This document shows, in pieces, positions 55,339-64,000 of a stretch of DNA of 64,000 nt (positions are counted from its first letter, which is position 1; every line of letters begins with the position of its first letter). Under the pieces are notes generated by a model that was not told where the DNA came from, did no database searches, and was given only the letters and a program-made list of their open reading frames with translations. A program made the position numbers and the translations under genes. Where the stretch lies: assembly GCA_001599295.1 (NCBI GenBank), contig BCGN01000011.1, positions 310,001 to 374,000 of the forward strand, in the 5' to 3' direction. This DNA comes from Sporopachydermia quercuum (Eukaryota).

Positions 55339-57105
55339 TCATAAATCTTCGGATAATAATGATTCCGAAGAAAAAGAAGAAACGGATGACGAGGACGATG
55401 GTGGTGGTGATGATGATCTCAACACATTTGGATCATCTTGCCTTTTATCAACAGTTGTTCGCATACTAGGTAATGAGATCCCTAGTGTTCTAGCTCTTGA
55501 TTGTTGATATTTTTCCAGTCTATTCTCTAGTTCTATTTCTTCTTCATCGCTGTCGTTGCCTTCATTATATCTGATGAAACTCTGAGGCTCTGTTCTTGCA
55601 ATGGGTATTGGTATTTGCTTTTGCACTTGTTTTGGTATTTGTTGAGGTATTTGTTGAGGCACTGACGTAGATGTGTAGCTGCTAGTAAATGTATTCTTTG
55701 TATTATCATCATTGTGCTTATTGCTGTTACTATTATTGTTGATGGTAGTCTTACTAGTTGTTGTAGTTGTTGAAGTGTAGTTGCCAGATCTGAAATGCTC
55801 GTCTAATTCTTCTAATTCTTCTTCAGGCTCTTCCTCGAGTGTCGACATTCTTCTATGTTGGAAAGGTTGAAAACTTGCTCTAGGATCACTATTCATAGTC
55901 ATTGCTGAGTTTTGATAGTTGGCTAATGATGACTGTAACGTCTCGCTTATTGGGAATAATTCAGTTTGTTTCTCTTGCCCATGGTCGTTATCAGATAAAC
56001 CATATTCCCTAGTAATTATAGGCTTAGTTGATCTTGAAGGCATAGGAGGTAATTCTCTTGGAGGAGTTTTAACACCAATGCCATCAGAGAACATAGTATT
56101 CTTCGTTTGCCCAGTATGATCATTATGACTGGTACCATAAGATCTAGTGCCAGCGAAATTAACACTATCAGTTGATCTATGGAATGGGTTGCTATAAATC
56201 TGATCATCAGGTTTCTCTCGAGCTACTCGATTTCTTCTTCTCTTACAAAACCGGAAAATAAAGTAGAACAGTATTCCGCATACAAAGGCTCCTACAACTG
56301 AACCAGTAGAAGCACCAATGATCACAGACTTATTGTTCGAAGGTTTATTCTGCGTTGATGCTAAATTAGACGTGCCGAGCGTATTGTAAAAGTTATCAGC
56401 ATTCACTTTTGATTGTAGAATGTATGATGAATAGTAATCCATATCAGTTGTCACAGTAGCTAATGGTACTGGCGTGATAGAATGCGTGATATCAGAGGTA
56501 TTGGCCGTGATAGTGGTAGAGAATGCATAGGATGTAGTGAAAACTGAAGAAGGATCTGTTATTATAAATGCAATAGTTCCCAAATCCATTGTGGTTGTGA
56601 ATTCTGGTGCTGGTGTTGATTCCAGTTGAGTCTTAGTTGTTGTGGCCTTGATTGTGGATAGTTTAGTAGTGGGGGAGTTTATTCGAGTTCCATTTATTGA
56701 AGATGATCGTTGAGTCCTTTTGATAGTAACATACTTTGGTATAGAACTTGTAGTCGCCGAAATTGTAGTTCTTGTTGATTGTATATCACTGCTGGTACTG
56801 CTATCGACATTAGTAGCGCTAGATGTAGACGGACTGTAGTTGATATTTGTGTTGATATTTGTGTTGATATTTGTGGTCATACTGGAATTCTGATCACTGC
56901 TGCTACTGTAAGGATCTCCCAAATTTGTCGATTGACTAGATTGTGTTTGAAGGGAAGTTGTGGCAACATTTACACCATTATTTGAACTACTTGGCCCAAT
57001 AGATGTTGATAAGTAGTCTGTGGCTGACACTGTTACACTCCCTGATAAAGAGTGAAAACCATCCGAACTCCGATAGAATCCCTCTGTCAGATTACGACCA
57101 ATCAT
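55339..57105 (-). CDS. Ser/Thr-rich single-pass membrane protein (cell-surface sensor/mucin-like architecture)
   Basis: 588 aa: S/T-rich N-terminal half, TM IIGASTGSVVGAFVCGILFYFIF followed by KRRRNR, and a disordered tail with NPF and Pro-rich motifs. Confidence 0.82.
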   Translation of the reverse strand: MIGRNLTEGFYRSSDGFHSLSGSVTVSATDYLSTSIGPSSSNNGVNVATTSLQTQSSQSTNLGDPYSSSSDQNSSMTTNINTNINTNINYSPSTSSATNVDSSTSSDIQSTRTTISATTSSIPKYVTIKRTQRSSSINGTRINSPTTKLSTIKATTTKTQLESTPAPEFTTTMDLGTIAFIITDPSSVFTTSYAFSTTITANTSDITHSITPVPLATVTTDMDYYSSYILQSKVNADNFYNTLGTSNLASTQNKPSNNKSVIIGASTGSVVGAFVCGILFYFIFRFCKRRRNRVAREKPDDQIYSNPFHRSTDSVNFAGTRSYGTSHNDHTGQTKNTMFSDGIGVKTPPRELPPMPSRSTKPIITREYGLSDNDHGQEKQTELFPISETLQSSLANYQNSAMTMNSDPRASFQPFQHRRMSTLEEEPEEELEELDEHFRSGNYTSTTTTTSKTTINNNSNSNKHNDDNTKNTFTSSYTSTSVPQQIPQQIPKQVQKQIPIPIARTEPQSFIRYNEGNDSDEEEIELENRLEKYQQSRARTLGISLPSMRTTVDKRQDDPNVLRSSSPPPSSSSSVSSFSSESLLSEDL

Positions 57106-57974
57106 GATTATTGGTTCTTATTTCATACCCTAGTTGCCTCACAATAATCATTACAAATTCTGCTATGTCTGATGCTTGATCCGTTATCTTTACTTTTAGT
57201 GTCTTTGAATCGTTGGGAGTAGCTTTTTCTTGCCCTGCTAATTATNTCTCGTTATATCTAAAAATCTCAACTAGGGTGGCCTTTTGTTGGCAGATGGTAG
57301 TTGAACATACACACTTATGCAGCAATCAGCTGCAGTATTTTCTTTGTATTGCAACTACTTTTTGTGTTTTTAGAACAAATGATAGTTATACCATCAACAT
57401 ATAAAAGTCCTTCTTTACTAAGGAAAGAAAAAAACAATAGAACTCATCATATGCCAACAATAAGATCAACATGGAGTCTAAAAGAAATAACTAGTTTTAC
57501 GTCAAAAGGCGATCGGTTTCTTTTTTCATGTATTTGTCGCTTTGCGATTCAAAAATTTGTAATAAAGTTTTCCCCACACTAAAGTTTGACACTCAATAAA
57601 GTTAGACTAGCAACTGACCTTTCTGCTAAATNTTACAGGAGTTGCTTTGCGATAAAATATGAGCCGTTCTATTGAAAGTAGCTTACTTGTATAAGTTCTG
57701 GTAACCTGGTACTAAAGAGTGAAAGAAATGGCAACACCAATAATTTATCATCGAGTTATTACTCCTGTTGCTCGATATTTTCTTGGCAATATCCCATCTC
57801 GTATCACTTAAGTCTGTCTTCCCCCTTGCCTACCCCAAATAGGATTTCACAATAAGGTTCATTTTAACTTACTAGGCAATACCCTCTTTCAGCTTTAATT
57901 TTCTTTTCTCAAACGTTCAGGGTCACATGTACATACTTGCCTTCCAAAATATCTATTTTTATCTTCATACTTCG

Positions 57975-57989
57975 ACGCGTTGGACGCGT
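57975..57989. promoter_or_regulatory. Paired MCB elements (ACGCGT x2)
   Basis: ACGCGT-TGG-ACGCGT about 870 nt upstream of the 55339-57105 gene. Another ACGCGT lies at 51226-51231, upstream of POB3. Confidence 0.5.
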
Positions 57990-59111
57990 TCATTTCATCA
58001 AAAACATAATGAAAGTTTACGGTACTCTGGGTAGAGAGGTTCTAGTAAATGATTAAATGATCTGAACCGTTGATATACGAAATGTTATATGGTAAGAAAA
58101 GGAAACAGTCAGTGCAGTCCTTAGGGAAGATAAAAGAAATCAAATAGGTAAATTAGACGATTAGTTAGATCAGCTTAGTTAGTAAGCAACGAAGAAGATG
58201 ATAATATTAGCCTTATAGTAACCAAGTAATGACTAGTTTTATGGTTATTATAACCGTTGGAAAGGGGAAACTATAACCATAAGAGATGAAATCAATAAAA
58301 GAATGTAAAATTTACGATCCTCGTGATTGTCAAGAGACTGATAAACAAAAAATAATAATAGAACAGGAGAGCCTGGTAAACAGAGAAATAGCTGGGTTGG
58401 GGCCTCAATAAACTTGTTTTTTATTAGATGAATAGGAAAAACTAACGGAGAAACTGAAAGGAATGCGGTGAAGAGAATTGATTGTTCTGGACTTCGAGGT
58501 TTTTTACAACTATAGCCAAAATAGANATTACAACAACTACATTTGAGTAAATCAACAGCATTCACACTTCGGACATAAAGCAAATAAACGATTAGAAAGG
58601 AAACATTTGAGTAAATGTACAAATGCAATGCAATACTTATCAGTACGATCACCGTTAGTTTAAACTAAGTTCTGCAATAACAATCATATCGATTGAATTG
58701 TTGAGAATTGAACTCTTGATTTCTGACACCTCCTTTTATTTCCTTTNAATACACTTTTGTTCCTTTTCCGGCGATTGAATACATCTCACTTAAGTCAGAT
58801 TTTTATCCAAGCTGGTTCATTATTCCTGTTGAAGAAAGATAAACGATTTTTATGGTTACGGACAAGCTTTTTCGTTCTAGTGAAAGCAACGGAGAACCCC
58901 GTTCGGTTGCAAAACGAAGTTTACATCACGTGATTTGAGATAGTATTTCAAAGAAAAGCTATCTGAGAGCATTGAATGTATGAGATGTATGGATAATTGT
59001 TATTATTAAGCATATTACTATTAGTTTATAACTCGGTGGATCTGCAATTGTTTTTTTTTGAGATCTTCGTTCTATTTCCTCGCTACCTTAAACTGGGTAT
59101 TAGTCTTATGT

Positions 59112-59155
59112 TCTGTACTTACTGACTCTCTTGCAATAGAGTCAGTAAGTACAGA
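59112..59155. repeat. 18-bp perfect inverted repeat around a CTTGCAAT centre
   Basis: TCTGTACTTACTGACTCT (59112-59129) pairs with AGAGTCAGTAAGTACAGA (59138-59155). The inner TTGCAA is itself palindromic. Confidence 0.93.
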
Positions 59156-60085
59156 TTCTGCATAGAATGCTCAATTCGCATCAATGCAATTATAGAAGAA
59201 CTGCATTGGTGCCTACTGTGTCAATATCCGGCACCTAATGTGGTAGATTCATTATTCAAGATAGCTGATACGCTTAAAAAAGAGTGTTCAAAGGTTTTAT
59301 TGTTCCCGTTGTAATCGTTTGAAGCCATAGAAATTAAGTAGTTCCTTCAGGAGACACATAGTTTGAGTACTACGCATAAATAAGCATATACGGGCTAATT
59401 TGACTCTTGAAGATAAACACTTTATCGTACAACGAAAAGGATTACTTGTTAAGAAGTTGTATGACGGTCAGAAGAATGTTCATTCTCACGTCATTTCTGT
59501 AGTTCTTACAGCTATTCAGGTCCTAGTAATAACAGCTCTTGGACCGGAAAGTTACTTCACTTCAGGTTCTTTAGGAAAAAATAGTAACATCTATCCGTGT
59601 TACATGCATCAACTGTACATATGTAACATGCTCTATTTCTTATATGGCTATAAATACTTAATTGAAAAGAATAGTAATTAGTAATTAGTAATAACTGAAC
59701 TCGACGTCTTGTAATTATTCTTGAAGCTTGTGATTAAAATAGCCTGAGCTAATGTCTGGTTGTTGTATTCCACTCGAACTTATCGATACCGGCTACGGCG
59801 TAAGATCACATTTCACCAAAGTTCATTAGCTTGTAACAAAATACCATTGATGAGTCTCTCTGCTTGCCATTCTAGCCAGTAAACAGCTGCAACAAAATGT
59901 ATAATTGATCGTTTTCTCTCAAATTGTCTGAACCAAATTCAATCTATGATATTCAAGCATCTCAAACTTAGAACTAAGAATCAGTATATAAATGGCGTTC
60001 CTTTCGACCATTCGACTTTATATTCAGTTATCAAATGTTCAGCAGTACAATTGGCCATCAATTCTAGGTTCTATTAAATTAACTC

Positions 60086-61849
60086 TTACTCCTTCTGCAC
60101 TAATCTCACATGTTCTGGTAATCGATCTAGCACAACAGGCTCAGAATCAGGGTCCATCCATCTAACAAGCTTGTACTTGTTCTTATCATAAGAATGAGTA
60201 ACTTCTTTCTCGGCAAGAATTCTTTCTTTATTTTCTAAGGTATCTTCATAAGATGAAATATCAATCTGAACATCACCACTATTCTTTTCAGTCCTAAAGA
60301 AAGACCTGGGATCTCTTTCAGGTTGAGGACCATTCATCTTTCTCTTAGCATTAGCATCAACATCAACATCCAAATAAAACTCATCATCTTGACCAGTCCA
60401 ATCAACGAAAACAGTTCTGCCTTTGATATTTTCTGTATTCTTCATTGCTCTCTTCTTTTCAGTTCTCCAGTTGTCATTCATATCTTCGAACAGATTATTC
60501 CAGGCTTTTTCATAAAACTCTTTATTGATCTCATATTCCTTTCTCTTGATTTCTTCCTCTGCCATCCATTCTATATGCTTGATATCATCACTACTTGGTT
60601 CATAAATATGCCATATAGTGTAATGGGGCAAACCTATGACTTCTTTACCCATGCGTCTACACATTTTCCCAAACCCTTCAGTCTCAGCGTGTTTTTCAAA
60701 CGAGAACGCTGGAAAATGTGCCCCATCCCTGAAAACGTTGGCCTTGGCCATGATTGAAACACCGCCAATACCGTCTAGTTCCATTTCTGTTTCAGGATCA
60801 CCATATGGATCTCTCAGATAAGCCAAATGGGGTCTCCATGTGGCATACTCAACATAACCTTCAACAATTACTGCATCTTCATCTAATGTTTTCGCGAGAT
60901 CCAGACCACCTTCAGATTCTTGCCAGGAGTTCAAATCGTATGGTTGTTGATTGCCCAACCATCCCGGTAAAGGCCTCCAAACATTTGGTACTATAACATC
61001 TTTATCGTGATGAATCAAATCCTCTAGAATTGTTGCCGGCACTGTTTCAACATCAGCATCACGCCAGTAAACCCATGAATGATCAGGTTTTAATGCTGTT
61101 GATAACAACCAATTTCTAGCTCTGGCCATAAGTTTTCTTCTAGGACCTTGTGCAGCAAATCCATGCCTATCGCTGAAACCTTGCCCAATTGCTTGACCAA
61201 AATCTTTTTCATAAATTTCTATTCGTCCGAATCTTTGAGACTTATCTTTATTGGTTTGACAAGACTTCAATGAATCAACAAGGTCTTCCATTGTATTGTC
61301 TTTTGAATCTGAAACTAAAAATGCAAGATCAATTAAGTTGTGTGGATACGATAAGTTCTTCATATGCGAGAAAAACATTGGTAGATGAGCAGACGCGTCT
61401 CTTAAAGGTACAAGAAATAGAATTTTCTCATTTCTTCTCCATGCTTCAGGTGTTGGCGCATAATCGTTTAAATCATAAAATGTAATATTCAAATCTGATT
61501 TTTCTCCTTCCTCCCATCCATTTGGTAAATCTGGAACATAATATTGTACAGAAGGGAGGTATGTTTGCTTTAATAAATACAAAAAGGTTGATAATGGGAA
61601 AAAGATTAGTAAAAATAATAGGATTCTCTGTACCAAGGATATGTTTGATTGGAGATTCAATTGTAATGGTTTCCTCAATTTCTTTGGTAGAAAATCTTTC
61701 TTCTCATCATTGTATGAATTGCTTTTGCTCGACTTCATTCTTTCCGAACCTCTTTGATTATGGATCAGATCATGTTGTCTACTTAAATTACTTTCATCAT
61801 CATCATTCAAATTCAATGGTGATTTACCTAGAAATTCCCTGTCACTCAT
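60086..61849 (-). CDS. ANP1: Golgi mannan polymerase II subunit Anp1 (GT62, Anp1/Van1/Mnn9 family)
   Basis: Type II TM; FSDRHGFAAQGPRRKLMARARNWL (Anp1-type rather than Van1-type); DXD motif RDADV; YDLNSW; HAETEGFG; YEPSSDDIKH..WMAEEE. Confidence 0.9.
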   Translation of the reverse strand: MSDREFLGKSPLNLNDDDESNLSRQHDLIHNQRGSERMKSSKSNSYNDEKKDFLPKKLRKPLQLNLQSNISLVQRILLFLLIFFPLSTFLYLLKQTYLPSVQYYVPDLPNGWEEGEKSDLNITFYDLNDYAPTPEAWRRNEKILFLVPLRDASAHLPMFFSHMKNLSYPHNLIDLAFLVSDSKDNTMEDLVDSLKSCQTNKDKSQRFGRIEIYEKDFGQAIGQGFSDRHGFAAQGPRRKLMARARNWLLSTALKPDHSWVYWRDADVETVPATILEDLIHHDKDVIVPNVWRPLPGWLGNQQPYDLNSWQESEGGLDLAKTLDEDAVIVEGYVEYATWRPHLAYLRDPYGDPETEMELDGIGGVSIMAKANVFRDGAHFPAFSFEKHAETEGFGKMCRRMGKEVIGLPHYTIWHIYEPSSDDIKHIEWMAEEEIKRKEYEINKEFYEKAWNNLFEDMNDNWRTEKKRAMKNTENIKGRTVFVDWTGQDDEFYLDVDVDANAKRKMNGPQPERDPRSFFRTEKNSGDVQIDISSYEDTLENKERILAEKEVTHSYDKNKYKLVRWMDPDSEPVVLDRLPEHVRLVQKE

Positions 61850-64000
61850 GATGGCTTTCTTTGTTGAGGTTAAACCAGTAAATCGCCAATTTTCCTATGG
61901 TCTAAATTGTTGTGCTGGATAACTGATAATCCTTTCTACCCACCATAATACAAATGATCGGTCTTTCTTCTGCTCCAATGATTAATATGATGAGAAATGG
62001 AATGCCATCCGTTTGCTACCTACTGAGCAAGGTAAGTTTTTCACCGGTAAAGAGTCGCAAATAGTTATTCCAATGGTGTTTATCTAAAAAACAGATCAAC
62101 AATTCAACAATAACCAGTCAATAATGCAGATCCCACATGTTTTCTCCCTGTTTTTCAGTCCCATCAGCTATCTACCGAAAAGTCTGTGAACTAATTTATT
62201 AAGGTTCGACCACAAACTTTATATATGAGCATAACGTTTTGAAACGTTAATAGAGTTCAGACTTATTGTTATAACTTAATATTGTTAGTGGATTTAAATC
62301 TTAATCATCTCACGATCTTAATTGATACATCAGATTAACAATAAAAGTTCAAGTTTAACAAGCTGTTCAAAATGAATTCTAGAAGAAATAACCTTAGATA
62401 GGAAAAATGGCTCAATGATTAGAGATATACGATCTTCTNAATAGTCCGAACTTCAATTCTTCTGGTTTATGGTTGTTGGAAATCAATTCAGACTTGGTTA
62501 CTGCATTTGGTGGTATTATTATAACTATTATTATATTCAGCACTTGAATGGCCAGCTAACACTTACCAGGGATGATAGAATAGGAATGTCCAAAAAGTAG
62601 CACCTTCACATTTCACTTGAATGCAACTGCCAGTACCTTTCGGCGTTACTTTTGATTGACCTTTGAAAGCAGTTATCGTGTTCAAGATAAGAGTATAATA
62701 TGGAGCTCGACATTACAAGAATATTTGGATTTATTTATGGCGCATACCGCCACTACAACCACAGCAGTGTGTGTATGGGGNCAGTAGTACAGGCTTTTGA
62801 GTGGTGCGCAGAAGAAGCACGAACCTCTTACCAGCAGATACTGTCCATCTGTAATAGCCTGTTCTGTTTCTCATAGTAAATTGAAGTTGATTATTTTCTA
62901 ATCTTTTACATGGTACATAGAACCGAAAGAGGATCCAACAAATGAATTAACGTTTAGAAAATCATTAATCTTTTGAACTCTAATAACATTTGGGAGTAGA
63001 TTTTCTGTAAAACAATATAAATGAGTCTTAGGGTCGGGATTCAAACATAATTATTATAATTTGAAATCATTTGACAAAGAGGGAGTGGCCTTAATCTATA
63101 GACCATTGTCAACCAAATTTTCAGATATTAAATGGTATCAAATGCGTTAAAAAATTCTANACCCAGGTAGCTTTTCAAATGATTTATCAGAAAGCTTGAA
63201 GGTCCATGAAATTGTGCGTCTGAAATTAATACCAAGAAATGATTAGTGTTTATGTTAATCTGAAATGCAGAATCCCACATGATCTGGATTAAACGTGAGA
63301 GATCAATGATAAGAGAATTTGTTGATACAACTTCAATTGGTGTCAATCAATTTGTATAATAATACTTCTTTGTGCTTGTGCGGCAGTTAACTAATTTTTA
63401 TTTTGATTAACTAGATTTTTTATTGAACTGGTCTTCACGATATTGCAATAAAGAATGTCTATAATCTGTTTAGACTTCAGAACTAACTGCCCGAAAGGGA
63501 ATTTCTACATTCTAATTAACATTTCTGGAATACAGTTTAATGCATGCCTAACTGATCTTTATTTTATCACTTGAAACTGGATCATTTATATTTTATCCGT
63601 TTCAAAGTTCTTCCTTACAGAGTACCTAACAACTATTCACTAATTTACTACAACAGATGAAGTTTCATTCATTTTGATTATAATACTGAGTTTACCCAAC
63701 CAGCCGGTTGCATACCAGTAATTGATGTGACTCAGGTTTACTTGACTACATATTATCCAATTGCTGGTGAAGTCTTGAATCTGAGGGGCTTATCATGAAA
63801 TCAATTCAAAACTATGGTTAGACAGAAATAGTATCAGAATATNGTCAACACTATTAACATACCTACTAATTAGAATAAAGTTATAAAATAATTCATTTAA
63901 TATTGGCAAGTAGGTTAACTAGAAGCATTTAGGATGAACCTTGTTTTGGCTCCCATGGCAATAATTTCCTTCATCATTAGAAAATTATTAAGATTCTAAG

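Noticed and set aside
62700..62876. 58-aa ATG ORF and other short ORFs in the last 2 kb (including 63128-63346)
   Set aside because: No recognisable domains or consistent splice structure.
63031..63114. tRNA-like traces on the minus strand (TGGTCTATAGATTAAGGC..GTTTGAATCCCGACC)
   Set aside because: The T-loop is GTTTGA rather than GTTCRA, and the T and anticodon stems do not pair; no cloverleaf can be drawn.

Overview
AT-rich, gene-dense chromosomal segment of an intron-containing budding yeast (Saccharomycotina); CTG aligns with conserved Leu, so the standard code appears to apply. I can reconstruct 22 protein-coding genes, 8 of them spliced (17 GT-AG introns), several missed or fragmented by the ORF track: COX23 (partial), NCS2, FYV6, MRP35, NMA111, a cytochrome P450, an uncharacterised polytopic membrane protein, an Hsp30/Yro2-type opsin-related protein, a YFL040W-like sugar porter, RPN6, SPC3, PET309, FYV7, a 7-exon MMS1-like gene, SLO1, MEF1, a divergent FET3-FTR1 iron-uptake pair separated by about 5 kb, POB3, DAK, a Ser/Thr-rich single-pass membrane protein and ANP1. 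No rRNA, intact tRNA, CRISPR array or intact transposon was recognised. I did not find a clearly new multi-gene system. The best leads are: a probable YhfC/PrsW/APH-1-like pseudo-protease; the 3'-clustered, repeat-filled introns of MMS1, including a symmetric 63-nt exon and a tandem array of branch-point-like motifs; two long intergenic inverted repeats sharing CTTGCAAT, one starting a hairpin cluster; mixed GATA/Aft motifs in the FET3-FTR1 spacer; and a weak intronic C/D-box snoRNA candidate. Family assignments are from remembered motifs, not database searches.
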